A DNA stretch of 56,725 nucleotides, from assembly GCA_964471235.1 (NCBI GenBank), contig CAYYGL010000001.1:71315-128039 (forward strand). Reading direction: 5' to 3'. Origin of the DNA: an uncultured Calditrichaceae bacterium (GTDB lineage Bacteria; Calditrichota; Calditrichia; RBG-13-44-9; J075). The translations under genes were made by a program, and so were the position numbers. The notes beneath the pieces are model-generated. The model saw only the letters and a program-made list of their open reading frames with translations, searched no databases and had not been told where the DNA came from. Below, one piece after another: positions 37,540-46,858 of this stretch; positions within the stretch are counted from its first letter, which is position 1; every line of letters starts with the position of its first letter.

Positions 37540-37712
37540 TTTATGGGGCAGAAAGGACATCCCCCCCCCTTCTGGCGTAGCCATCCCTGCGGGAGAAGGG
37601 GGGAGTTTTATCGGGCTCCCATACCTGACTGCACGGCAGGCAGGCCTTCCAAGGGGGGTGTTAACCCCGCCCCCCTTCCGCCGGAGGCGTTCTTTCGGAA
37701 AAAGGGGGGATG
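37540..37712. repeat. Cluster of C-run/G-run hairpins (CCCCCCTT...AAGGGGGG)
   Basis: Several CCCCCCTT / AAGGGGGG pairs with a nested CCTGACTGC..GCAGGCAGG palindrome; non-coding. Confidence 0.55.
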
Positions 37713-37836
37713 TGAAGCGAAACCGGGAGAACACCCGGGAACCACCAACAATGATTCAAAGTTCATTGTTCATTAAAAAACTTGCATTTCCTCTATGCTT
37801 GTGTATATTTGCATAGGAATTGCACAGGTGGAAAAA

Positions 37837-38433
37837 ATGAATCGAAAAGACCAGGTGCTGGAAATTATTCGTAAGCGCGGGATGGTTAAAGCTGCTGATA
37901 TTGAAGCGCAGGGAATATCGCGAAATTATTTGTATATGCTTTATAAAAAAGGCTTCCTGAAGAAAATCGCCCGCGGACTTTATACGGTAAAAGATGCCCC
38001 CTTTACCGAACATTCGTCTATTATTGAAATCGCAAAACGTGTACCTCGAGCAGTGCTATGCCTGGTTTCCGCACTCCACTTTTATCAGGTTACCACCCAG
38101 GTTCCCCATGAAATTTGGATCGCTTTGCCCAGAGGGTCCTGGCGGCCGAAAATAGATTATCCCCCGATTAATATTACTTTTATGTCCACCCGGGCTTATG
38201 AATATGGAGTACAAAACCATATTATTAATGGTTCAACAATAAAGGTGTACAGTCTTTCAAAAACCATTGCCGATTGTTTTAAATTCAGAAATAAAGTGGG
38301 ACTCGACGTGGCAATAGAGGCGCTCAGGGAATCCTTAAGAGCCCATAAAGTGACAGTAGATGAACTGATGAAAGCTGCCCACATTTGTAGCGTGTCAAAA
38401 ATAATAAGACCTTATCTGGAAGCGATGGTATGA
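37837..38433 (+). CDS. abiEi: Type IV TA antitoxin, AbiEi family
   Basis: wHTH LKKIARGLY, CLVSALHFY, KTIADCFKFRNKVGLDVAIEAL; promoter TTGCAT..TATATT upstream. Confidence 0.9.
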   Translation: MNRKDQVLEIIRKRGMVKAADIEAQGISRNYLYMLYKKGFLKKIARGLYTVKDAPFTEHSSIIEIAKRVPRAVLCLVSALHFYQVTTQVPHEIWIALPRGSWRPKIDYPPINITFMSTRAYEYGVQNHIINGSTIKVYSLSKTIADCFKFRNKVGLDVAIEALRESLRAHKVTVDELMKAAHICSVSKIIRPYLEAMV

Positions 38434-39371
38434 ATTCTTTGCCAAACATCGGCCATTCCGTGTTTCAGCGATTTTTAAACCGCGCCAAAAAGGACAAAGA
38501 AGATTTCAACTTATTGCTGCAGCGTTTTGGTGTTGAACGATTCCTTTACCGACTTAGCATCTCAAAACATGCCCAGCGGTTTATCCTTAAAGGCGCCAAT
38601 TTGCTTTTTGTGTGGAAAGGTCAGAATTATCGGGTGACAAAGGACATTGATCTTGCGGGCATTGGTGAGGCGGATACCAATATAATTCGGCGTGTTTTTC
38701 AGGAAATCTGCCAAATATCCTCTCCCCTGGACGATGGTATTCGTTTTTTAGCGGATACGGTTCAAGTGGAAGAAATAAGAGAAGAAGCCCCCTATGGTGG
38801 TATGCGGGTGAAATTGACCGGGTATTTGCACAATGCCAGGATACACTTGCAGGTGGATATTGGATTCGGAGATTTAGTAAAACCTGATCCGGAAATTGTT
38901 CATTATCCGACCCTCCTGGATATGCCCGCACCTGTTTTAAAAGCATATCAAAAATATACCTTTATTGCCGAAAAATTTGAGGCCATGGTTCAGCTTGGAA
39001 TAGCAAACAGCCGGATGAAAGATTTTTTCGATGTCTGGTTGCTTCCTCAGTTACTCGAATTCAACGGAAAGGTTTTGGCTGATACGATCGTTACCACTTT
39101 TGAAAGAAGAAAAACTAAAATTCCTGTAGAAAAATTTCCTTTTGTGTTCACTAAAGATTTTAGGGATGACCCTCAGAAACAGGCACAATGGAAAGCATTT
39201 ATCCGTAATGCAAAACCGGTACCGATTATAGAGGATTTTTCAGAATTGATAAGTGAAATAGCAGATTTCATGATGCCTGTGTTGGAACAAATAAAAAATC
39301 CCGGGCTCGATTTATTCCAATGGCAGCCGGGAAAAGGATGGATTCAAAAAACAGTGAAAAATGAAGAATGA
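38430..39371 (+). CDS. abiEii: Type IV TA toxin, AbiEii nucleotidyltransferase
   Basis: ERFLYRLS, FILKGA, RVTKDIDL, VDIGFGD, AEKFEAM, NSRMKDFFD; ATGA overlap with the antitoxin. Confidence 0.92.
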   Translation: MNSLPNIGHSVFQRFLNRAKKDKEDFNLLLQRFGVERFLYRLSISKHAQRFILKGANLLFVWKGQNYRVTKDIDLAGIGEADTNIIRRVFQEICQISSPLDDGIRFLADTVQVEEIREEAPYGGMRVKLTGYLHNARIHLQVDIGFGDLVKPDPEIVHYPTLLDMPAPVLKAYQKYTFIAEKFEAMVQLGIANSRMKDFFDVWLLPQLLEFNGKVLADTIVTTFERRKTKIPVEKFPFVFTKDFRDDPQKQAQWKAFIRNAKPVPIIEDFSELISEIADFMMPVLEQIKNPGLDLFQWQPGKGWIQKTVKNEE

Positions 39372-39528
39372 AAAACTGGCGGATTATTTTGTAGAAAGAA
39401 TCTTCTGCAAGATAGAAGTTACGCTTTTCCTCCTACGCTAAAGGATCCTCTTCGGGAAAAACTTTGTCAAACTTCATGAAGAGAGTGTAAACAAGAGGGA
39501 GGTTAAAAATCAGAGGAGAAACATTCAA

Positions 39529-40366
39529 ATGTATTGGCGGATTCAGTTTTTATTTTTAATGCTGCTGGCGGCTTCTCCATTGTTATCCCATACCCCAGGT
39601 TGATCACATCTTCACCGGCGCCTGCCCTTTTTCGCAGATTTCTCCCCGGGAAGCGCGGCAGCGAGCCATGCGTCAGGCGCGGCTGAGCGCCATCGAGCAG
39701 CAGTGCGGGATTCATCTGTAATCGGAAACCATGGTGAAGGATTTCATGCTCAGCGGGGATTTCATCCACTCGGTTTCTTTTGGGCAGATCATTTCCGAGA
39801 AGATTGTGGAGGAAACAGTGGCGGTAGAACAAGCCGCCCTCAATCAACCGCCCCACCTGACCTACCGGGTGAAGATGGATATCCGGGTAAATTGCCAAAG
39901 CGGCCAGCCCGACCCCTCCTTTCGGATTCAACTCACCAGCAACAAGAAAACCTTTGTCAGCGGAGAAGAATTGATTCTTACCGTCAAATCCACCCGCGAC
40001 TGTTACCTGACGATAGTCAATTACGCCGCTGATGGCAAGGTTTATCTGTTGATGCCCGGCACTTTGCTGGAGGATAATTTCCTGAAAGCCGGAGAGGCAA
40101 TGGAAATACCCAATGCAGCGCAGCGGGAAAACGGAATCCACCTGAGCATGGCAACGCTGCCGGGAAGTACCGCTTCTTCGGAGGTCATCCAGGTCATCGC
40201 CACCCGCCGCAAGATTGATTTTCTGGATGAACTGCAGGAAGAGCAGGGCTTCGGAGTGCTGCCCAACATCACCATTGCCGGGCAGCAATTGGCTCGCTGG
40301 CTGGCAGCCATCCCGGTAGCGGAACGCGCCATGGCGCAGATGGTGGTGGAGGTGCATGCGGAGTGA
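39529..40366 (+). pseudogene. Disrupted exported DUF4384-domain protein
   Basis: GAGGAG RBS, ATG 39529 and signal peptide, +1 frameshift near 39595 (stop 39601), TAA at 39719; intact C-terminal FVSGEELILTVKSTRDCYLTIVN..DGKVYLLMP. Confidence 0.7.
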
Positions 40367-40406
40367 CATCAGGAAATCCCCCTGCCTCCCCTTTAAAGGA
40401 AGGATG

Positions 40407-41771
40407 TTACCCCACCACCCTCTCTAAAACCTCTTTCAAAAATGCCACCAACTCTCCCGCTTGTTTTTTTCGGGAGAATGGGTCCACGCCGGTGAAAGGA
40501 TAGCGGGCAGTGAGAGAGGTGGCATCTGCCATCCAATCTCGCAACACCGCTTTGATGGCTGCCACATCAGAATCCGGCACCACCTCCCCGGCGTGGCACT
40601 CGCGTACCAGGCGGGCGACATCGCTTTCCGGCGGGCATAACGCTAAGATGGGCTTGCGCAGGTAGAGATATTCGTAAATGCGTCCCGGGGTTACGTGTGG
40701 AGCGCCGGGGAATTGAGATTCGATCGCAAGCGCCAGGGCATGAAACCCGGCGGCAGTCTGTAAAGCAGTTTTGTGCGGCTGGTAGGGTTGAAATTGCACA
40801 ATGTCCGTTAGGTGAAAGTCGTTTACCAGTTCCAGAAAATCCTGCGACCACTTGCCTAAAAAAATTAGTTGGAATTGATCGGAAAAACCGGGAATTTCAG
40901 CCTTCAGTTCAGCAAGAGCGCCCAGCAGGGCAATGGGACGGTTTCCCTGGGAATAGATGGTGCCCATAATCCCCAGGCGAAAGGGTGGGGGAGAAGGCAT
41001 CCCGTGCTCCGGACTCAACTCGGCAAAATCATCCGGGTCAAACCCATTGCGGATAGTGGTATGGGGTCTTGTGCCGATTTCCGAAAAACGCTCCCGGTAA
41101 TCCGCCTCCAGCGCGGGGTTAACAAAGATAAACCCGTCGGCATGGCGCACGCAGAAACGTTCCAGGGCATGGCTCATCCATTCCTGAAACGATGCCACGC
41201 GAGGCAGATAGGGATTGTTGCTCCAACCATCCCGGAAATCCAGCACTACCGGAATTCCGGTAACTTTTTTAACCAGACCTGCAATCAGCCCGGCGGTAAA
41301 GGGGGGCATGGTGGCAACCAGCAGTTGTGCGGGATGACGGCGCAGGTAAACAAGCAGCTTTATCACCGCAAAGGGCAGCCAGAGCAAGCGAGAATCCGGC
41401 ACAAACAGGGACATGGCAATTTTACGCAGCTTGCCGCCGCTCTCGTTGGAATTCTCGTTTTCCGGGCTTTTTTTTCTTAAAAGTTTCCATCGAAATTTTT
41501 TAAAAAGGTAAATTAACCGGAAAGGGTCCAACGAACCGCTGCGGATAACCGAGACATGGGGGGGAATATCCTGGGATAAGGTGGAATCGCTGCTGTAAAA
41601 AAAACTGGGTCTCACGGTGAGCACAGAGACCCGGAACGACTGGTAATCAAAATATTTCAGGAATTTAGTAATGCGCTGCACCCCGCCGCCACCCATGGGG
41701 GGGAAATAGTAACTGATAAATACAATATGCGCTTCAGGGGCAAATTTGTTTGATTTGTGCGACGAGTTCAT
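40407..41771 (-). CDS. GT4-family glycosyltransferase
   Basis: ISYYFPPMGGGGVQR, VLDFRDGW, IRNGFDPDDF, PGRIYEYL..KPILA; start uncertain. Confidence 0.88.
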   Translation of the reverse strand: MNSSHKSNKFAPEAHIVFISYYFPPMGGGGVQRITKFLKYFDYQSFRVSVLTVRPSFFYSSDSTLSQDIPPHVSVIRSGSLDPFRLIYLFKKFRWKLLRKKSPENENSNESGGKLRKIAMSLFVPDSRLLWLPFAVIKLLVYLRRHPAQLLVATMPPFTAGLIAGLVKKVTGIPVVLDFRDGWSNNPYLPRVASFQEWMSHALERFCVRHADGFIFVNPALEADYRERFSEIGTRPHTTIRNGFDPDDFAELSPEHGMPSPPPFRLGIMGTIYSQGNRPIALLGALAELKAEIPGFSDQFQLIFLGKWSQDFLELVNDFHLTDIVQFQPYQPHKTALQTAAGFHALALAIESQFPGAPHVTPGRIYEYLYLRKPILALCPPESDVARLVRECHAGEVVPDSDVAAIKAVLRDWMADATSLTARYPFTGVDPFSRKKQAGELVAFLKEVLERVVG

Positions 41772-42357
41772 TCAAGTCGTTGTCTCCGTTAACGAAATCG
41801 GTTTTATCGGCATTCACTTCCAGGATATGAAATTCCTGTTTTGCCCGTGCAATCCAGCGATCATACGCCTGGTTCAGATATGCGATATAGCTACGTTGAA
41901 TACTCTGTTCAAAATCCCTGCCCCGCTGTCGAATGCGACCCATCAGGGTATCCACCGAGGCTTTCAGGTAGATGATGACATCGAGTTTCGGCAGGAAGGT
42001 AACCATATTGCTGAACAGGTCGCTGTAACAAGCAAAATCGCGTTCGTTCATATACCCCTGCTCATACAGGGAACGGGCAAAGATTTCCACATCTTCGTAG
42101 ATGGTGCGGTCCTGGATGGCGTTGATGCCGGAGTCGATGATTTCCTTCTGGGTGCGAAAGCGGTGGGCTAAAAAATAGATTTGCAGGTTAAAACTCCAGC
42201 GCGACATATCGCTGTAAAAATCATCCAGGTAGGGATTGTCAATAACGCTTTCAAAATAAGGCTTCCAGCCCAGGCTGTCTGCCAACTTCTGGGTGAGAGT
42301 GGTTTTTCCCACGCCAATGTTGCCGGCGATACCAATCAGGTAGGTGCGATTTTCCAT
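41734..42357 (-). CDS. Deoxynucleoside kinase
   Basis: GNIGVGKTT, FNLQIYFL, QDRTIYED, RIRQRGRDFE. Confidence 0.93.
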   Translation of the reverse strand: MENRTYLIGIAGNIGVGKTTLTQKLADSLGWKPYFESVIDNPYLDDFYSDMSRWSFNLQIYFLAHRFRTQKEIIDSGINAIQDRTIYEDVEIFARSLYEQGYMNERDFACYSDLFSNMVTFLPKLDVIIYLKASVDTLMGRIRQRGRDFEQSIQRSYIAYLNQAYDRWIARAKQEFHILEVNADKTDFVNGDNDLNELVAQIKQICP

Positions 42358-42540
42358 AACTTTTTCGGTTTAGAATGAAACGTGAAAACAATGATACGTA
42401 AAACAGGAAACTTCTCCACAGGCAAAGTTACCTGTCGGACGATAGCCTCAATCTTATGGATTTTGGGTGGGAAAGTCAAGGACTTGACTGAATCTTGCTT
42501 ATCCGGAATAGAGTTCAGAATGAAGATGGTGAATGAGCAA

Positions 42541-44232
42541 CTACGAAACATTGGCAACCCACACCGGATTGCTCAGGCAAAATGTCTCCCCCTGTTTGCC
42601 TCCTGCAAACACCTCCAACCGAACATATCCCGCCGCGAATCCTTCCGGAAAGTTGATGTCCTTATGTAATTCATAACCGACGGCAGGAACTTCAATCTCC
42701 CGGCAGCTTTCTGTTCCCGAAGCGTCATCCCCGGTATATAACCGCACCCGGGACAGGGGTCCGAACTCCGGTGTGCTGACTGCCTGAACGGTTATCCGGC
42801 AGGGGGTGGAGGCAGGAATCGTTCCCCCCAGGGTAATTTCCTGATCCTGAAAATGAATGTTAAGGTTTGCTGCCGGCCCGGTGGAAACAATTACCCTCTT
42901 TTCCCGGAGGCTGTTCAGTAGCGTTTGCTGATCAAATGATGTCTCACAAAACACCCCGGTGCGGGTCTGTCCCAATAGTTGCTGACGGTTATAATTCATC
43001 CGCCACAGGGGTACCGCCACCTGTCGGAAGCAATTGAAATTGCCATGCGCATCGGTGCCCCCTAAAATGCCCACACGCAGCCCGTTCAGCAATGCCTTTA
43101 CCCATTCCGCTTTCCCCTGATAAAATGTGCGATTGATCCTCCCGTTTAAAATCTGCCAGTAGTCCAGTTCCGGTTGATGCAAGTCTGTTGCGTGCCATCC
43201 GTCGCGGTTCAACAGCAGTTTCTGCGAAAGGGGGGGCACATCAAACGGATGAGCCGCGGCGATGATTCCGCTCTGGTTTTTTCTCACGGCTTTAAACAAA
43301 TCCGGCAACGGTAAGGTGGGGCGATTGGTAAAAGGATTTAATTTGCCATCGCCGTTTCCCGGAAAAAAAGCCGGGCTACCCAGCACCAGGCAATGGACAT
43401 TCCTGCCTTTGTGATTTCCGGCAGAGACCTCTTCCCCGGCCATTACCAACACCGGATTCTCCCCGTCATTTATTTCCCGGCATTCCTTTTGAAACCGTTG
43501 CCATACGGCAGGGGAGGGCGAAGGGTTGGAACCGCGTTCCAGGTCAAAAGAATGGTCCGTAATTGCCACAAAGTGCAATCCCAGGCTATGGGCGCATTGG
43601 GCAATGGCTTTTATCGGAGCACCGAATTCCACCGGATCATCAGTATAATTGCTATGCACGTGTAAATCGCCCCAGTATAAGTTGGGCAGCCGGGGAAGGG
43701 GAGTGGGGGCAATTTGAATCCGGAACGGAGGGTGGGGGAGACCCCGGTAATTATCCTGCTGCAACTGTTTGTTTTCACCGTTTATGCGGTAGTGCAGCGT
43801 TGCCGTGACCTCGTAAGTTCCGGGGTGGGGGAAGTGCTCGGGTTCAATGAAAAATGATTTCCAGTAAAAAGGAGCACGGATGGAACGGGCGAAGTCAATC
43901 GGGATGGAGATGGAATGGGCGGACTCTTGCCGTTGGACAACAATTTGAACGGAAATGGTTTCCACTGGAAAACGATCGGCATCTTTGACTATCAGAAAAA
44001 GCGGCACCGGAGAGTTGGGGGTACTGCGAAAGGGCAGATCAAAAAGAATTTCCGGCTCTCTATGGAACAATCTTCCCCGGAGGCCGGGTAAGCGGAGGTG
44101 AATTTCGGCATATCCCAGCACCATGATTACCAGCAGCAACAAAATCCGGGGCAGGGAGAAAGCATCATGCCAATCGTGACCGGACTGATGGAAAAGAGTC
44201 GTGGATATGGTGAGGAAGAAGAATGGGCTCAT
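42541..44232 (-). CDS. PHP-domain metallohydrolase (CehA/McbA-like)
   Basis: GDLHVHSNYT, AITDHS, GEEVS, AAHPF, GGTDAHG, SNPVW. Confidence 0.85.
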   Translation of the reverse strand: MSPFFFLTISTTLFHQSGHDWHDAFSLPRILLLLVIMVLGYAEIHLRLPGLRGRLFHREPEILFDLPFRSTPNSPVPLFLIVKDADRFPVETISVQIVVQRQESAHSISIPIDFARSIRAPFYWKSFFIEPEHFPHPGTYEVTATLHYRINGENKQLQQDNYRGLPHPPFRIQIAPTPLPRLPNLYWGDLHVHSNYTDDPVEFGAPIKAIAQCAHSLGLHFVAITDHSFDLERGSNPSPSPAVWQRFQKECREINDGENPVLVMAGEEVSAGNHKGRNVHCLVLGSPAFFPGNGDGKLNPFTNRPTLPLPDLFKAVRKNQSGIIAAAHPFDVPPLSQKLLLNRDGWHATDLHQPELDYWQILNGRINRTFYQGKAEWVKALLNGLRVGILGGTDAHGNFNCFRQVAVPLWRMNYNRQQLLGQTRTGVFCETSFDQQTLLNSLREKRVIVSTGPAANLNIHFQDQEITLGGTIPASTPCRITVQAVSTPEFGPLSRVRLYTGDDASGTESCREIEVPAVGYELHKDINFPEGFAAGYVRLEVFAGGKQGETFCLSNPVWVANVS

Positions 44233-45560
44233 ACCGGAAAGATCAGTTTTACGGTGGTTCCCTGGTTTGGCTGGCTTTCAACGGATATCTGCCCGTTCAT
44301 TTGTTCCACCAATTGTTTGGTAATTGCCATGCCCAGACCGCTGCCAGTGGCGCGGGTGCTAAAAAACGGATCAAAAATCTTCTCCAGAGTCTCCCGCGGC
44401 ATACCCACGCCGTCATCTTTCACCTCGATAACACAGCGGAGGGAGCGCTGGGAAACCGTATAACCGCGTACCAGGATGTTCCCCTGGTCCCCTGTTGCCT
44501 GGCGGGCATTTTCCAGAATATTGAGTATGATTTGCTTGAAAGCATCCCGGTCCAACTGCACTTTGGGTAAAGAGGGTTCGAAATGGGCGGAGATGCGTTC
44601 ATCGTTGAGCTGGTCTACCAAAGGGGTGATGACCTCCGCCGGGTTGGTGGGTTGAAGATTAGGTTCTTTTTGACGGGCAAACTGCAAAAATTCATTCACC
44701 AATCGATTCAAACGATCAATTTCTTCGGGAATGAAATCGAACAATTCATTTTCCTCGGAGGAGTATTTTCGTCTCAACACATCGGCTGAGCCTTTGATGA
44801 TACTCAGCGGGTTGCGGATTTCATGGGCTACCATCGCTGCCATTTGTCCAAGGTGCGCCAGGCGGGTTTGCTGATGCAGCCGGGTTTCCACGGCAAATAA
44901 CTGACGTACCGCCAGGATAATTAATACGGCAAAAAGGATTATCATTCCCAATGCACCTAATGCCACATATAACAAAGTATGCTCAAAAAATCTGAGATTT
45001 GAAAACAATTGGGCCGGCGCTTCGGTGATTAACACGGCGGCAACGTCTCCATTCTCATCCCGAATCGGGGTGTAAGCAGTCAAAAAGTACTGATCTGCCA
45101 GCCGGTTCAATTCCGGTTCCGGGCTGTTGCCCAGGGTTGCCTGGAGAAACAGTGAGTCGTTGAAAAGAAATTTTTCCAGGCGATTGGCAGCAGGTTCGGT
45201 TAATTCATACCCGATAAATTGCCGCCGGTCCAATGATACCACAAAAATATCTTCCAACTGACTGCGCTGTTTAAAATCATACAATAATGTATGCAGGGTA
45301 ATCACATTCCATTCATTTGCCCCGGCGCTGAAAATGTCCTGAAGCAAAAATGTTTCCCCGACAATCTTTTCACTCAACTGTTCAGCGTAAATTTCACCGG
45401 TGACCCGGAGATGCTGCTTTAATTGTGCTAAGATGTCGGTTGTGAAGGAACGAATAAAGAACCAGCCCCAAAAGTTTAAACCGGTTAGTATTACAATCCC
45501 AACGCCCAACAAGCTGTAGATAACTTTTTTATTGGAGAACAGTTTTGCGCTATTCATCAT
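44229..45560 (-). CDS. Sensor histidine kinase
   Basis: Two TMs, VAHEIRNPLS, NILENA, DDGVG, FDPFFSTRATGSGLGM; start near 45560 overlapping the upstream stop. Confidence 0.92.
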   Translation of the reverse strand: MMNSAKLFSNKKVIYSLLGVGIVILTGLNFWGWFFIRSFTTDILAQLKQHLRVTGEIYAEQLSEKIVGETFLLQDIFSAGANEWNVITLHTLLYDFKQRSQLEDIFVVSLDRRQFIGYELTEPAANRLEKFLFNDSLFLQATLGNSPEPELNRLADQYFLTAYTPIRDENGDVAAVLITEAPAQLFSNLRFFEHTLLYVALGALGMIILFAVLIILAVRQLFAVETRLHQQTRLAHLGQMAAMVAHEIRNPLSIIKGSADVLRRKYSSEENELFDFIPEEIDRLNRLVNEFLQFARQKEPNLQPTNPAEVITPLVDQLNDERISAHFEPSLPKVQLDRDAFKQIILNILENARQATGDQGNILVRGYTVSQRSLRCVIEVKDDGVGMPRETLEKIFDPFFSTRATGSGLGMAITKQLVEQMNGQISVESQPNQGTTVKLIFPV

Positions 45561-46053
45561 CCTCACCGCTGTCGAAAAGGGATTTCCAGTACTGGATTTC
45601 ATCCTCATTTAAGTTGGGATCGTATTTGAGACCATTGGGAGGTTCCGGAGCATCATCCCGGGTGGGAGCGGACGCCCGTAGAATTCGGGAAAAATCAGCA
45701 CTGGACAGACAGCCTGCCCCATGGTCGCGGGCGGTAAATTGGATGGCATTGTCAGAACTGACCACGGTTAATTCAGCAGGGTGCTTTTCCTTGCGGATCA
45801 TCTCGCGAATAATGTCATCGGCTTCTTTATCTGCCTGACTGAAAATGATGCGCAGGAGCTTACTTACCCGGGCATTGGTGGTTCGGGAAGTCGCCCCGTC
45901 AAATACGACTGTGAGATGATAGCCGGTGCGATTTGCGTAAGAGAGCAACAAGCGATTCAGATGCTCCCGCTGACCCTCCAGGTCCAGGTGCTGAGGAACC
46001 CCCAGGGAAGAATTACGAAGCAAATTGTATCCGTCGATAATAAACCGTTTCAT
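45550..46053 (-). CDS. NYN-domain (YacP/Rae1-like) ribonuclease
   Basis: IIDGYNLL, VVFDG, EADDII, VVSSD. Confidence 0.9.
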   Translation of the reverse strand: MKRFIIDGYNLLRNSSLGVPQHLDLEGQREHLNRLLLSYANRTGYHLTVVFDGATSRTTNARVSKLLRIIFSQADKEADDIIREMIRKEKHPAELTVVSSDNAIQFTARDHGAGCLSSADFSRILRASAPTRDDAPEPPNGLKYDPNLNEDEIQYWKSLFDSGEDDE

Positions 46054-46119
46054 GCTGTTTTTATGGGAAAAATAACCGGAGAAGGATTGGGAAGCAAGTG
46101 AAACGTGAAGCGTGGGACC

Positions 46120-46210
46120 TGGTTATCGAAACTTGCTTTGATGCTCACACTGGTTATCAAAACAAGTTTTGATGCTCCCAAGTTTTGATGCTCCCAAGTT
46201 TTGATGCTCC
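46120..46210. repeat. REP-like palindromes with a 16-bp tandem expansion (CAAGTTTTGATGCTCC x3)
   Basis: Same CAAAAC-AA-GTTTTGA core as 37399-37428. Confidence 0.75.
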
Positions 46211-46219
46211 TTGCGTTTA

Positions 46220-46594
46220 TCAGCAGGTGGAATGAAACAACCCACCCACTGGTTTTTGCTCCCGGAGGTTATTGTATAATTCCACTGACTTTTTCGTGGG
46301 AAGTACGTGTACTTCGATACCCTCTCGTTTCAGCATATCCAGGGTTTCCGGACAAATATGAAGTTGTTTCAGCATGCCACGGGAGAGAATCACCACCTGC
46401 GCCCCATGCTCTAAAAGTTCCTGAACATCCGCCGGTTGAATTCCGGGTACATGGCGGGTACCGGTTTCGTTCCAGTCCCATTCCCGGGCACCACCGGGAA
46501 AGAGCTTGGCATCCTTGAATGGATGGGACTGCCCATCCACTTCAATGCGCCCCCAGGAGATATGGGTGATGCGCGGCGATTGGACTATTGACAT
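46220..46594 (-). CDS. Mth938-like (AAMDC/DUF498) protein
   Basis: SPRITHISWG, FKDAKLFPGGAREWDW, HVPGIQPADV, GGLFHSTC. Confidence 0.92.
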   Translation of the reverse strand: MSIVQSPRITHISWGRIEVDGQSHPFKDAKLFPGGAREWDWNETGTRHVPGIQPADVQELLEHGAQVVILSRGMLKQLHICPETLDMLKREGIEVHVLPTKKSVELYNNLREQKPVGGLFHSTC

Positions 46595-46639
46595 GATGAA
46601 GTCCTCCCTGCTGCTGGAATATTTTTGGTGCTAACGCCC

Positions 46640-46783
46640 CGGAGTCAAAATAAATTTTGACGCTCCGGAGCGACAAAACTTGTTTTGTCAATAAGACCGC
46701 GTCTGTAGAAAACCAAGAAGCCATTAAAGGGTTCCTTGCTTTTTACGCCGGAGAAAGATTGTCAAATTAAAATTGGACGCTCC
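46640..46783. repeat. REP-like palindrome doublet plus a degenerate copy
   Basis: GTCAAAAT-AA-ATTTTGACGCTCC, GGAGCGACAAAAC-TT-GTTTTGTC and TGTCAAATTAAAATTGGACGCTCC. Confidence 0.75.
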
Positions 46784-46788
46784 GTTTC

Positions 46789-46833
46789 CAAAAAAAACCG
46801 CTCGCTGCCGGTAAGATAACGACAACGAGCGGT
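46789..46833 (-). terminator. Intrinsic terminator of the fad operon
   Basis: ACCGCTCG...CGAGCGGT stem followed by a long T tract on the minus strand. Confidence 0.75.
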
Positions 46834-46858
46834 GGAGGCAACTATTTGATAGGTGTGC

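Noticed and set aside
4513-40366. Alternative genetic code or selenocysteine explaining the in-frame stops
   Set aside because: TAG, TGA and TAA all terminate conserved genes normally here; the lesions are of mixed type and confined to accessory genes
39503-40369. 288-aa minus-strand ORF
   Set aside because: Antisense shadow of the DUF4384 pseudogene
46120-46210. Possible CRISPR array
   Set aside because: Units are directly adjacent with no unique spacers, and no cas genes are present
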